Under the pieces are notes generated by a model. That model made no database searches. It was not told where the DNA came from and saw only the letters and a list, made by a program, of their open reading frames with translations. Positions 12,466 to 26,150 of a stretch of 64,000 bases of DNA are shown one piece after another. Origin of the DNA: Mobula hypostoma (Eukaryota); contig NC_086097.1 in NCBI RefSeq assembly GCF_963921235.1, positions 193,380,001 through 193,444,000 of the forward strand, read 5' to 3'. Both the position numbers and the translations under genes were made by a program. Positions within the stretch are counted from its first letter, which is position 1. The number at the start of each line of letters is the position of its first letter.

Positions 12466-13192
12466 GACGTACTTCCATTTTTCCTCTGCACAATTTCGAA
12501 TAATGCTCAAATATACTCACGAAAACAGATTACTGCATAACAGATTAAAGCACAAGAATAAAATAGCTTTTGAAGACCTTGGCGATGATTCCTCAAACAT
12601 TAAGCCTTGTAGCTAGTTGCATCATTAACAAAAAGATGTTTTAAATAATTGGATACTGAACAAGTTTGCAACAATTTTCTTTAAGATTAAGAGAAAGAAC
12701 TGTATTCACAATTGAATCTTTCATATCTTCAAGTGGTCCCAGAGTTTTATAGTCCAACATTTCAAACATCAATTTGAATACATTTATCAGAAAATGGGGC
12801 TAATAATTTAGTTTTAATTAATAGGCAGATACTGGCTGGAATAGGAAGAATACACTGTATTGAAGATCTTACGGCAATATTTCTGTCTCAGGGAGGAACA
12901 GATAGCTTGGTATAACTGAGCTACTGGGCATTCAGGGCATGAATGATACCAACGCAATGAATTGAAATTTTAGAGCATGCATTCAAATTAGATATGTGAT
13001 CTTAAAAAAACTGACCTACTTTAGCTGATTTTCTAGATCAAGCCTAAAAGGATGCACACACTCAGCTTCTTCACAGTAAGATTCACAATAGCAGAAAAAC
13101 TGAAACTATTCCAACCAATTAAATCTGTATTTTAATTGTACTACTTTCCATTAGTTTAATGATTATGCCTTTTAAGTGCCTTACATTCCAGG

Positions 13193-13403
13193 TAACACAC
13201 AAAATGCTGGAGGAACTCAGCAGGCCAAGAAGCATCTATGGAAAAGAGAACAGTTGACGTTTTGGGCCGAGGGTCTCAATGCAAAATATCAACTATACTG
13301 ATTTCCATGGATGCTGCCCAGCCTGCTGAGTTCCTCCAGCATTTTGTGTGTGTTGCTTGGATTTCCAGCATCTGCAAATTTTCTAATGTTTGTGATTAGA
13401 CTG
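13193..13403 (+). mobile_element. Short fold-back Penelope-like insertion
   Basis: Inverted arms AACACACAAAATGCTGGAGGAACTCAGCAGG and its complement; TSD CATTCCAGG (13184-13192, 13404-13412). Confidence 0.75.
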
Positions 13404-14369
13404 CATTCCAGGGAAGGTTATTTTCAGACTACAGATAGGAAACAGAATATACAATACAAACCAAACTAAATACTCAAGACACTGAATTTAGCAACTGACA
13501 CAGGTAAATGAAATCAGAAGCTGACTTCATTCATTTCTAGAGGACTACAACATAAAAGCAAAGACATAATACTGAGACAAAACATTGGTCAGACTGCATT
13601 TGGAGTACTGTGAGCAGATTTGAGCCCTATATCCGAGAAAGAATATGCTGGCATTGGAAAGGGTCCAGAGAAAGTTTACAAGTATGACTAACCTCAGGAA
13701 TAAAATAAGTTCTTGATGGCTCCAGGCTTGTACTTGCTAGAGTTTAGTGACAGCTATATTTTACTAGAAGTTGAGAAGTCGTACTATGTCACTAAAGCCT
13801 TGCAAATTTCTACAGGTGTACTATGGAGCGCATTCTAACTGGCTGCATCACTGTTGGAGGAGCCACTGCAAATGATCAGAGAAAGCTGCAGAAAGTTGTT
13901 AACTCAGCCAGCACTCACCACTCCAGTATAGAGTACACCTTCAAAAAGCAATGATTCAAGAAGGCGGCATCTATCATTAAGGACCCCCATCGTATGCCCT
14001 CTTCTCATTGCTCCCGTGAAGGTAGTGGTACAGGAGCCTGAAGACACAGTCAACATTTCAGTTTCTTCTCTTCCCCCCGCTGCCCCAAATCAGACTTCTG
14101 AATGGATAATGAACCCATGAACACTACCTCACTACATTTTTTGTTCTCCTTTTGCACTACTTAATTTATATATATTTATTGTAAGTTATAGTTTCTTTAA
14201 AATTATGTATTACTGCCACAAAAACAAATTTCATAACATATGTCAGCAATACTAAACCTGATTCTGATAAGAGTAACTTGGGGAATCTAACTGAAACCTA
14301 GTGAATATTGAAATCCTTAGAAAGGATGAGCAGAGGATTTTATTTTTTTTTATATATTTTAAAGATACA

Positions 14370-14600
14370 TGTAACAGGTCCTTCTGGCCCCATCAGCCCC
14401 CCAAAAAGCAACTCACCAATTTAATTCCAGCCTAATCACAGAACAGTTTATAATGACAACAGACTAAGTGCTACGTCTTTGGACTGTGGGAGGAAAACAG
14501 AGCAGCCAGAGGAAGAGTATACAAACTTTCTTACAGAGGATGACAGAACTGAACTCCGATGCCACGAGCTGTAATAGCATCATACTAACTACTATGCTAC
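14370..14600 (-). mobile_element. V-domain SINE (HE1-like) fragment
   Basis: Reverse of the V-SINE core TTCCTC..GCTC.G.TTTCCTCCCACAGTCCAAAGA. Confidence 0.55.
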
Positions 14601-15839
14601 GTGACATCCTCATGGAATTTTCCATGAGTGTGAGAATCCAAGAACAGAGGGCACAGCCTCAATAGATGACCCTTTAGAGGAGAGATGGGGAGGAATTTCT
14701 TTGGAGAGATGGTGATGGCATTCATTGCTGGACAGCTGTAGGGGCAAAGTTATTGGGTAGATATAAAGCAGAGGTTGATAGGTTCTGGACTGAGGATAAA
14801 AATGTTTACAGGGAAAAGGCGAGAATAATCTTGAGGGGAAAACGATATCAGCCATGATCAAATGGCAGAGCAAATTTGATTAGCGGAACAGCCTAATTCT
14901 GTTGTTATGTCTATTAGTAAATTTTCACCTTGCTTTTTAACAATTGTGTTGTCTTAGCTGATATATGATCTCAAAATGGAATACGAAATTGTTGTATTCC
15001 TAACCTGTTAGCCAGCTATCCTAAAAGACAAACAAGTCAGAAATACTTGCATAATTGCAAAAAGCATGTCACATCATAGCTCACCAATAGAACATTTGTT
15101 AAGTTTGACAGATTTCCCAGAGATCAATCATTTGTCATGTCTCAAGGACAGAGGGGGAAAAGCAAACATGTGACACTACATATTTATGAAGTTTCTTGAT
15201 CTTCACTGATATGAATTGACCTTAATCCTACAAGAAAATATTTCAGTGATGGTTCATGTTCTTGGAAGACAGTGCAATGACTCATTGATATCAGAATAGA
15301 TTCCAAGCTTGTGTGTTTGAGCAGGCAAGCAATGCTGCTAATCAAAATGTATCCCTCAGCCAAAGTGAAATTAATCATTGGATATTATCAGATTTGGCCA
15401 CAGAAACTTCCAAAAAAGGAGTGGCTGACTGGCACTACATGCAACCTCTTTTTTTCTACTCTCCTTACAACATCTTTCTATAAAAAAATACTGAATTAGA
15501 ATTTTGGTCCAAATTAGATCATTTATTTTCGTTAATTTTCCCTATTAAATACAATTTTCACTGCAGTTGTATCATCTCCATTAAAAAAAAAATCTGCTCT
15601 TTGGGTCTGTGTTAGAACTTAACCAGTGTGAGGCATTATTAGACTGAGAGACTTGGGCAATGACAATCGTAAATAGGCCAAGAACTAATTTTGTAACCAC
15701 AAAATGCTAGGAGACAAAAATGAAGATTCAGAATCAATGGATCACGTATTTCCATTCAGATGACAAAAGCATACATGCAAGCCTAGGAAGTCTCAGCAAT
15801 ACTGGGTGGGGGTGTGTGCACGTGCGCAGTGACAGCAGC

Positions 15840-18125
15840 AGTATGGCAGTGGACGTCAGATTAGATGGCAACCTCTATGATATCAGGAGGCTCCACACAA
15901 CCACCAAACTCTGTAGCTGCAGTATGCAGACAACTGCACTCTTGTGGTCCATACTCCGGAGGACCTTCAGACTGTCCTTGCTGTGGTGGTGAGAGCGTAC
16001 AGCAGGATGGGGCTGACTGTCAATACCACTGAGACAGAATTGGTTTGCCAATGGATAACCAGTGTCCCACCCACTCTTACCTGCCTTCACTGTTGGTGAT
16101 GAAAAGCTGTCAGTAGTGCCATCTTTCGAATATCTGGGAAGCATTCTCTATGAGCATAACGGCATTGATGACGACATCCAGAGCAGCATTAAACAGGAAT
16201 CAGCTGCCTCTGGGAGACTTCCGCGTAGAGTCTTTCAGAACAGGAGCCTTCGTCCCTCCACAAAGGTCCTCGTATGCCAAACGGTCTGTGTCATCACCCT
16301 CCTTTATAGCTGTAAAGCTTGGGTAACCTACAGCGCATCCTGAGAATTACCTGGTGTGAGCGGGTGCCTCAAACTGAAATACTTGTAAAGACCAGCTGCA
16401 GGAGTATTGAGGCCATGATCACCCACTGTCAGCTGCAGTGGCTGGGGCACCTGATGCCCCCATGTTGACTACCCTGCAGTATTACAGGTGTCACCCGTTT
16501 TTCCAACGTTCGCTTTACAAAACCTCGCTGTAACAAAAGACCTACATTAGTTACCTGCTTTCGCCAACAGAAGGTGTTTTCAAACTGTTACAAAAAAAGG
16601 CAACCAAGCTCCTCCCCTGGAACTGCATTCTAGCTGGCACTGCTTAAACACGTGCCTGTGAGCACCTGTGCTTTATGTGGATTTATTTTGAGCATCTGTT
16701 AGCAAGATGAGTTCTAAGGTATCGGAAAAGCCTAAAAGAGCTCGTAAGGGTGTTACACTTAGTGTGAAACTAGACATAATTAAGCGTTTTGATCGTGATG
16801 AACGAAGTAAGGACAACGTGAGTTTGACTTGTGGAAGTTGACGAAGATGATATTGAAGAGATTTTGGCATCCCAAGACCAAGAACTGACAGATGAAGAGC
16901 TGATGCAATTGGAAGAGGAAAACAATCGAAACCGAATGCAGTAGCGAACGGACCGAAAGTGAAGTCGTCCAGGAACTGAACGTAAAGCAACTGCGCAAGA
17001 TTTTTGCTGCAACTGACAATGATTGCAGAAAAATATGGCTTTAATTTTGAAAGAGTACGTAGGTTTAGGGCATATTTGCAGGATGGTTTGAGTGCTTACA
17101 AAGAACTGTATGATAGAAAAATGCGCGAGGTTAAGCAGTAAAGCATACTGTCGTTTTTCAAGCCTTCCACATCAACCACAGCAGACGACGAACATCGACC
17201 TCCGACATCGAGGCAGGCAGACATAGAAGACGACCTGCCTGCCCTGATGGAAACAGACGACGATGAGATGAGATGAGAGTCCCACCACCCCAACCTCCGA
17301 CGACTCAGCTTAACACACCATCAGTGTGCTCGCTGTCTTCCCAATTCCGTTAAGTGATACTACACTGTACATACGTTATTTCTACTTTATATAGGCTGTG
17401 TATTTTTATGTGTTATTTGGTATGATTTGGCAGCTTCATAGCTTAAAGGTTACTGGAGAGAGTGCTTCTGTCAAGAGCACTTGCGTGAGATTTTCACTTC
17501 GGTGGACAGTGCAATGATTGCAGAAAAGTATTTCTACTTTATTTTGGCTGTGTATTTATCATATCACTCCTGCTTTTACTATATGTTAATGTTTTAGGTT
17601 TTGTGTGTTATTTGGCATGATTTGGTAGGTTATTTTTTGGGTCTGCGAATGCTCACAGATTTTCCCCATATAAATAAATGGTAATTGCTTCTTCACTTTC
17701 TGACATTCCAGCTTACGAACCATTTCATAGAAATGCTCTACCTTTGGATGGCGAGGGAAACCTGATACGGCCAGCTACATCATGGTCGACGCTCAGCTGC
17801 GAGGGCCGAAGAAGCGCTATAAGGATCAGATGAAGAATGCTTTAAGGAAGTGCAAGATCAGACCCGAGGCCCTGGAGGATGTTGCTGCTGACTGTACCAC
17901 TTGGCGACAGCTGTGTAGGGATGGGGTTCGTATTCTGGAGATGGAAAGAACAACCAGAAGACAGCAGAAGAGAGCCAGGAGAAATGCAGCCATGGTTGCC
18001 ACCACTACCACATGTACATGTCCCATCTGCAATAGAGCTTGCGGGTCCAGGATAGTACTGTAGAGTCAAAGATCTCACCGTTAAAGGAGTGAATGTCGGA
18101 ATCGGATCTCAATGGACAACTGAAG
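15840..18125 (+). mobile_element. RTE-clade LINE 3' part, split by a Tigger-like insertion
   Basis: FEYLGSIL..DDDIQSSI; LYGQL..GPKKRYKDQMKNALRKC; terminal CPICNRAC finger. Confidence 0.75.
16485..17764 (+). mobile_element. Internally deleted Tigger/pogo DNA transposon
   Basis: Imperfect TIRs CAGGT.TC.C.CG, TA at the left junction; CENP-B-type HTH start (MSSKVSEKPKRARKGVTLSVKLDIIKRF) joined to acidic C-terminal remnant. Confidence 0.75.
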
Positions 18126-18293
18126 GGGTGGGGGTGTGTGCGTGTCAAAGCCCTCACCTGCCTTTAACCATTGTTCACATTTGAAAGAGCACAATATCAA
18201 GGAACCTGAAGCATCATTGTATGGATGTTCAGCAAAGCAAACAGGTCAAGTTTTATGGGATGCTATCCTGTTCTGATGGCTCTTCATACAGGC

Positions 18294-18545
18294 CACTGTA
18301 GCATGGTGATTAACTCAACTATTACAGCTCGGGGCAACCCAAAGTTCAATTTCAACATTCTCTATATGCCCCCTCCGTAGAATGGATAGGTTTCCTCCAG
18401 GTGCTCTGGTTTTCTCCCACAGTCCAAACATGTACCAACTAGGTTAACTGGTGATTGTAACCTGGCTTGTAATCTAATTAATCTGGTTTGTCAGGGGTTG
18501 CTGGTATGGCTCAAAGGGCTGCGCTGTGTCATTAAATCAATAAAA
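18294..18545 (+). mobile_element. V-domain SINE (HE1-like)
   Basis: GTTTCCTCCAGGTGCTCTGGTTTTCTCCCACAGTCCAAA core; tRNA-like head; AATAAA-type tail. Confidence 0.65.
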
Positions 18546-19799
18546 TATGTTTGGCTTATTCACAACTCGAACATGAATGTTACCCTAAAAGATCCAGGTT
18601 CAGCTAACAACTGCAGATACCAATCAGAACACTATACCAGGCAATGAACAAGTATTAGCTCACCACTTCACCTTATCCTTTAACACCATCTGTGAACTCT
18701 TTTTGACATGTGGCCAATGAACAGAATCTATGGTGTGATGAGCCATGTTGACCTATCACGGCTATATTGAAATGGAACACTCACCAGTTGTCTGGATGTA
18801 GTCAGATTTAATGGTGAATCTAACTGCAGCCATCTGGTTGATCTGCACCCCACTAAAATGAACTTTGATATCAGAACAATTTGGCTGCTGAAGTAACCCA
18901 TTAAGTCTATTACCATTGCTTCTCCAACCTCTGCTGAAGTATTAAAAGCAACACTTTCACATTCAAGGCCTCATTGCTTTAACTTGGACAATAACAGTAT
19001 TTCTACATTAAGTACAAATTCTGAATATGTAGCTGCTATCACGTGAAACCACTATCATAAGGATTCCAAAATTTCAATACCACAGCCCATCTCCATCTTT
19101 TAGGTAAACTAAGATCAACCAAAGCTCCCATTCTAGAAAACAAAAACTTGACAAGTGCCCAAGAAATGTTCCTAATATCTTCAGTGAATAATCTTCCAAA
19201 ATTGTTTCTGATCAGCTCATAGCCTCATACAATACTAGCAATCTCAAATGATCAGGCACATTGAACTCTTTTAGAATTTAAGGTCAAACCAAGGCAATTC
19301 ACCCACTTTCTGGCCAATGTTACGCCCTTTTAACAAAGCCTCTATTTAAAAATTCTCATACATATTACAATATTTGTTGCTTCATAAATTCTTATTATTA
19401 GGCAATATCATACTCTGCAGCCTTTAATAATTGGCAGTCAATCAAAACAAATTGCATTACAAAGCCCTACCATCAATTTCGAAGACCTCTCCTGGTTTGA
19501 AGATTCACAACTGTGCCTTCTAGAAATTAGAAAAGTTGCAAACTGGACTATGGTTATGTACATCCGTAGGAAATAGCAAGAGTGAAGAAATTTAACACCA
19601 CCATTTCAGAGGTATCTATGGTAACTGCACAAGTACATGCCTTTACATATTTGGTATTTGGAGAGGGTACGAGTCTCAACAAAAAGCTACATCACATGAT
19701 GTATTTAACTACAAAGCTCAATTGCTTTGTGTAATCCATGCTGTTCTTTAATGAAAGTGCACAGGACATTTGCAGTAGGCTTGCATTTGTGCATCTTTT

Positions 19800-20095
19800 G
19801 TGAAGAAACCTCCCAAAATGCTTTAGCCAAAACTAATTTTAAATGCTATCACTCTGTTGTAATAAAACAATGCCATGGTCACATGTCCAAAAGACTCCCA
19901 CAAGCAGCAGTGACAGTGATTAATTAGATCATTTCATTGAGTTGGAGGAATATAAATTCACCTTTAAATCAGGGGGAGGTCCATAACATTTGAAATATTC
20001 CTTGAATCCCTTTATTCACTTAATAGTATGCAGAGTGCAACATGCCAGACAGTGCAGCATTCTCAGACAAGACTTGTGCTATCAAGTTTCCAAAG
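19800..20095 (-). mobile_element. Ancient Deu-domain SINE remnant (SacSINE1/AmnSINE-like)
   Basis: Recalled similarity: CCCAAAATGCTTTAGCCAA..CACTCTGTTGTAAT..CCCACAAGCAGCA and GACAGTGCAGCA. Confidence 0.45.
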
Positions 20096-22839
20096 CAATA
20101 CTTCAACTCGCAGTATGTTGCAAACGATGGGAAAGATTTTGGAATAAATTTGCCATATTAAATTTTCAGAAGCTGCTACATCTTCCAAAGCTACTTTGTT
20201 CTCCAAAGTTGATATAGTGTGCAACTACTGGGCATTCTGAAGAGCAATATAGCTAATGCAGTCACTGAAACATTGTTGACGGCTTTTCTTTTTGTTCCTA
20301 TTTATGGCTGAAAAGGTTTAACCAAGGACGAACTGCAAATTTCCAGTATTAAAAATTAAATTCCTTACTGATTTGTAAGAGGTCAAAGGACCAACAGCAT
20401 CCCTTAACTTCAGTTACAGCTTAAGTTTGAATACAAGAATCACTTTCCAAAACAAGTGCTGGGCTATGACTCATTTTTTTAAAAACAGAGACAGGCTTCA
20501 GCATGTACTGTGCAAGGAAAGACTGAACATTGTGCTCATAAGATTCATGTTTAACTCCTTCAAGAACAGAACCCATTACCGACCTTTATAAATATTCACA
20601 TTTTAATGAAAAACTGCTCAAAGAAAATTTACAGTATGTCTTTGCACAAGGGAGGGGTGCACATAGTCAATTATGCAGTAAAATCATTCACCTTTTTGCA
20701 TGTCTGAGAAGTTCAATCTTGTCACCCACATTTACAAACCCCAAGTTAAGTCACTTCAACCCATTCACCAAGAACTTCCTCTCAATTCAATTTAAAGACA
20801 ATACAGAGCATTAAAACAATGAATCTAAGATGAACATTTATGAAAACACTGGTCAAGCTCCAACCAGCATAGTGTTTAATTCTGACTGAGACATTGGAAG
20901 GCTATCAACACAACAAAAGGTCCACAAGCGATTCACAAGAATGAATCCTAGTAAGAAGAGACTTTAATTACAAGGGTAGATTAATTAGAAGATCAAGGGG
21001 AAATTTGATGGCAGTGTATAAATCGAGATGTCAGGACAAGTGGGAGGTGGGAAGCTGTTTTATTTGGCAGAAGGGTTGAAGACGAGAGAGCAGAGATATT
21101 AAAGAACTTAACAGCAGGGTCTAGGGCAGAAAAGCTCACATGCACGTACATCTGAACTCCTGCATATTTCAACGTCTACACCAAAGTTGACTGTCTTTAT
21201 AGGCCTGTAAGTGCATTCCAGGTAACTGAGTGATACTATTCACAATTCACTCAAATGATGAAAACATGAATCCAAAGTTTGATCTTTTTATAACCTTTTT
21301 TTCCTCACAAACTAATTGTGGCTTAGTTAACTCAATAAAACTCGCATTCAAATTCAGAACAAACTGGCATGAGATCTCAACTTCAATCTAAAGCAGCAAT
21401 ACCAGTCATGCTGTCAACTATGTGTGCCCTTGTTTGTTAAAACAATAATTTTGCTCTTTCCGCAAAGCATTGCATTTCTCTTCAGGAATGTACTCAGCAG
21501 CCTAGCCAGTTACCAGTGCATCTCCTTCTATAGCTATTTCAAACACTGCACTCATTACTCACCAAATCTTTCCTGGAAAATCAGCCATTTTAACTGTTCA
21601 AGGCTCTCTCAAAAAAATCATTACATCTCTTCCAGAACAGTAACAGCAGTACCTTCAGGAGCACCAGAACCATAGATGCTCATCCTCGTTCAGCCTACAG
21701 AATAGTCTGAAACAATTACTAAACCTTAGCAATGTTAATAGTTTATGGAATAAACTGATTCTTTCAGGTTCAACGGTGGGCAAATTTCCAAGTCTAGTTA
21801 AAATTATTTTCAAAAGAAAACACCGACTTATATTAGCTTTTGCATGTAATTGATCACAATGTCAATATCAGAACTTAGCCTTTAAGAAAAAGACACAATC
21901 TGTCAGATAGGAAGACCAAGTTCTCTTTTCTTCAAGGCACTGAATTTTGAGCACATCGTAAAAGAAGCCCAAACCATCCTCTGGTATTTTACTCTTTACA
22001 ATACTTTTTCCTTTGACTTGAGTTATTGCAGCCTGTAATCAAAGGTCAAAACACCTCCTAAGCCCACCCAACTCAGCACAGAAAATATGGGAATACTTTG
22101 TGAACTTCAGTACTTGTTTATTAACTGATGGCAAAGTTAATGCAAGTTGAAAAACATAAGCGGCAATGGTTCTACAACGTACTATTTAACCACTCACCAC
22201 CTGCAGATTTAGAAGCAGAAAGTGAGCTACACCATTTTCTCAAAAGCAGATTCTCTGGATTTGTAGAAACTTAAAACGTAACGAAATGACAATTTTCTGA
22301 AGGTTACTAACAAGTCACTGAAATCTAAGCAGGTGCAAACTGTAAAAAAAACAGGAATTAAGTGTCTTCTGTGGAAAAGTGTGGCAGATCCCTGATCGAT
22401 TACATGCAGAAAAAATAAGTTTAGTACAAGTTGTTGTTTTCTTTTTGCAAATATTTTTAAATAGAGTTGGAATTTTGACTACCAATGAACTAAAAGAATC
22501 AGTTAATTCAAACTTAACGCTTAGTAGTTGTTTCCTGCCATATATGAATATCACACCAACTTTTTCTATCAAAACGTACCACTTCTCAATAGTACTTACA
22601 ACCTTTAACCATTCTCATTTACCTTGTTTGTAAAAGAGGTGTACTAACAAATTGCATGCGCCCTAACAGTGAAAACAACGCTTTAAGATAAAAATCAACA
22701 TCTTCAAATTATTAGTAAATCGTCCATTAGCACTACAACAGTCTGTAGATGCTGCCGGACCTAAGTAACATCTTTTTTTTCCAGAATACAGTGTTTAGTT
22801 TTGGAAGCAGTTTATCATTACTCATGGCCTTAATCACGG

Positions 22840-23520
22840 ACTAGAGCCGAAGCCAGGAACCGATGGGCGGCGGCCGACACAGCCGCCGCTTTCCCCAAAC
22901 TCTGTCCTCCGAGCTCAGACTCGCTTCGACCGCGAGGATTATAACTGATATTTCTCAAACGCCTGGGATGGGGATTAAAGGATTAATTCCCTTACCCAAG
23001 CTCACGAAGAACAAACACTCTACCTCCTGCAGCAGATCAGCGCCGCCGCCCCACTTCCCCGATAACACAGAACCGGGACCAACCGCCGGAAATGCCTTCA
23101 GCTGCTTCCGGTATTTACTGGAGGGGGATATCACTTCGACGCACCACTGTTATTTCACTTTGCAGTACCGTAAGTCGTTTTATATTGAGGAATAAAGGCT
23201 GAATCATATATTTTAATGCTCTGATTTAACAATTCCCCATTATGGCTGCTGGTTTTTTCCCCTTTAACAAACAACAGCGGTTCTATCTTTACCCTGGTGG
23301 ACCTAAATGGTACAGCCGATGACGCGCTAACACTGCATTCCAATAGCATCAGGCGCGCGCAGTGGAGCTCGAGATGTGCCCTTATTAGGCGATGGAACGT
23401 GGGCTTCCTGCGCGTCATCGCGCGAGGTGTGGGCGGTAGTCCCTGGCGGCGGCGGCGGCTGCGGCGGCTGCGGCCGGCCAAGCCCGCTCGTCAGTTGTCT
23501 GGTAGCGCTGGAACTATCCA
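22840..23520. promoter_or_regulatory. CpG-island promoter of the MYL12-like gene
   Basis: Locally CpG-rich; CArG box CCTTATTAGG 23380-23389; ETS-like CCGGAA; GC box GGGCGG; GCG repeats. Confidence 0.75.
22996..23085 (-). other. MYL12: Probable non-coding exon 1 of MYL12-like gene (start approximate)
   Basis: Minus-strand donor TGG|GTAAGG at 22995; TAAATA TATA-like element near 23112-23117; first coding exon is preceded by an acceptor, so an upstream exon is required. Confidence 0.6.
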
Positions 23521-25176
23521 GGCAGCCTGTGTGGAAAGGCCAATCTCCCAGTCGGATGACTTCTCAGATCACGCAGGAGTAGCTTTAGTCACCTAGACCA
23601 AGGCAGGATCGGTCTGATTAGTTGTGAACAACGTTTGCGTCGTTTCCAGTTCTGTTTCTTGATTTTTTAACAAGTTGGACACAGATATCCCACCCTGCAA
23701 AAACTCATTTAACCTCATAGCAGTCTGTGTCAATGAATTTGTTAATTTTGCAAGACATCAGATTGACAAGTGTTTTGTGAGACAGCTGACTTCTGAATTC
23801 TGTCTTAATATGCCATGTTCACAATAGCTGCTGTCTTGGTTGATGAGCAGGCATAGTAGCTTGCCTGTGTGCTTACACACCTGGAATGGCAGGTTATGCT
23901 CAACGATGAAAGATGTAAAGTACACCTCAGCTCTAGTGACCTTCTCTATCAGAGTTTGGTTTTCTGCTGAAAAGAACTGTGAAATACTTGAGCAGCCTTC
24001 CCTGTGCTTAGCCTCCCTAATATGTTGTGGTCACCAAAAGAAATAAAAGTATAAGGTGTATCGTTATTACAGATATGTGTCGCTTAACGTCCATTTGGAC
24101 AATGTCTGATTGCATATACGTCCGTAGTCACACACAAACACACATTGCCTGCAATAGTCAGGATCAGAACTTACTTTCTTACATCAAAATGGGGGATTTT
24201 AAATGAGTGATTTAGAAGTTCTGTATCTTAAAGTTAAAGTTTATTGTTATCTGGCTGATTGTCCACAAAGGAAATAACCTCTGTCTGGACCACGGTGTAG
24301 CCACAATACATATATCATGCACACCACATAAAACAATATGTTACCATATTATTTAATAAAGTGTAATTCCAAATGCATATAAAGTGCGCAGCACAGGTAA
24401 AGAGCTCGCTGCCCTAATGATGAGACCTCGGTGGGGGCTGGGTATTTATTAAAATCGGTTTTTCTTCTGAAAACGGCTGCGCTTAAACCCAGCCCATCGC
24501 GGGCTTCGATGTACCTGTAAGTGGAAGTGTTTCAGGAAAAAAGCCCGAAGAATTTGCTTGCGAGCGCGTTTTTAAAGGTATCTTAGCGGACTGTTTTGGA
24601 ATTTCGCTCCAATTTAAACCCCGCTCTAATCCCCTTTAAGACGCCAACGTGCCCTGCCCGTATAGGACAGCCTCACGTAGTCAGGTTGTCACCGCCAGCC
24701 TTGGGAATTTCTTTGCCAGGCTTTTGTACTTCATCACCAACAGTTGTCTGGATGATTTCAGTGTCATTACAGACGGCAGTAACTGAACTGATGGAATATG
24801 GAAGAGAGAGGTCGACTGTAAAAGCCCGCCCACAGAGAAAACTGATAGGTCTACTTACCACAAAGAGAGATGAAGCAGGATTCATTCATTTTCTTTCTTT
24901 TTCTTCCCTCTCCCTTTCCCTCTCTAAAAAATTCATTTCCGGGACATTGTATATAATTTGCGGGCACCAGGGAGTGGCAATTGATACGCGGGAGACTCCC
25001 GGGAGAGGTGGGATGTCTGTGGACGAGAGTTTGCTGAAGCCCAATGGAACAGAAATTAAAACCCTCTGTATCTTGCTAGGTAATTAAACTTGAAGACAAA
25101 AATAACTCAGGTGTAGTACACAATAGCAACAACATTATTTGGAATAGGAAGAATGTCACATAGGCCTTAACTGAAA

Positions 25177-26150
25177 CATCATCATCAGGTGCCGTACCCA
25201 GTTTGAGCTTTGACTGCCATGGCCCACACACTCCTGTTTTGGGTCAAGTGGATCAATTCATTGGTATTCATTGGTATTCATTTCTGGCTGCTGTCTCCAT
25301 CATCATTTGTCTTTGTCTTCCTCTTGCTTTCTTCCCTTCAATCTTTCCCATAATTACCATGCATTCTAACTCCTCTTTCCTAATTACATGTCCAATGAAG
25401 TTATGTGGCCTTTTCATGATCTCATACATTATTTCTCTTTTTGTGTTTGCTCTGTTCATGACATCCTCGTTAGATATTCATTTCGTCAATGATATTCTTT
25501 GCATCCTCCTCAAAAACCACATCTCCGCTGCTTCAATTCGTTTCCTCATGTTAATAGATATTGTCCAACATTCTGAGCTATGTAACATAACTGGATTAAC
25601 ATAACACTTCAGTACTCTGAGGCAGGTTGTCATGCCCAGTTTAGTATTGGTCAGTATACTTTTCATTCTCATAAAGGTGTCTTTTGCCATCTCTATTCTT
25701 CTTTTGATGTCCATGTCGCACCAGCCATCTGATGTCACCCAGCTTCCTAAGCAGCAAAAGTTCTGCACTTGTTTTATGTAATATTTCAAATAACTTATTG
25801 TGCTTCACTTTATGAAATGCTTTTGTGTAGTTGATAAAACAAACAAACAAATCTTTTTGCACTTGAATAGCTCATTCTGATAGTATCCTTAACATCAATA
25901 TTGCATTTCTTGTACCGTTGTCTTTCACAAAACCACATTGTTCTTTACCTATTTCAGCTTGTATCTTACTTTTGGCTCTTGTCATCAAAATTCTTAGAAG
26001 TATCTTGGTGATATGACTCATTAAATTTATGGTCCTATGTAATTCACATTCTATTGCTCCAGGTTTCTTAGGAAGAGTGATGAATACTGATTTTTTTCAT
26101 CTCTTCTGGTATTATTTCAGTCTCATAAATGTCATTGATTAAATCAGTAA
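25177..26150 (-). mobile_element. RTE-clade LINE, 5'-truncated with internal deletion
   Basis: IKQVQNFCCLGSW..DIKRRI..KRIEAAEMWFLRRM; (TGA)n tail. Confidence 0.8.

Noticed and set aside
22863..23596. Arg/Gly/Pro-rich ORFs in the CpG island
   Set aside because: Expected by chance in GC-rich, stop-poor promoter DNA
24400..25085. Second CpG-rich patch and 163-aa ORF
   Set aside because: No recognisable protein or convincing exon; part resembles a MITE end
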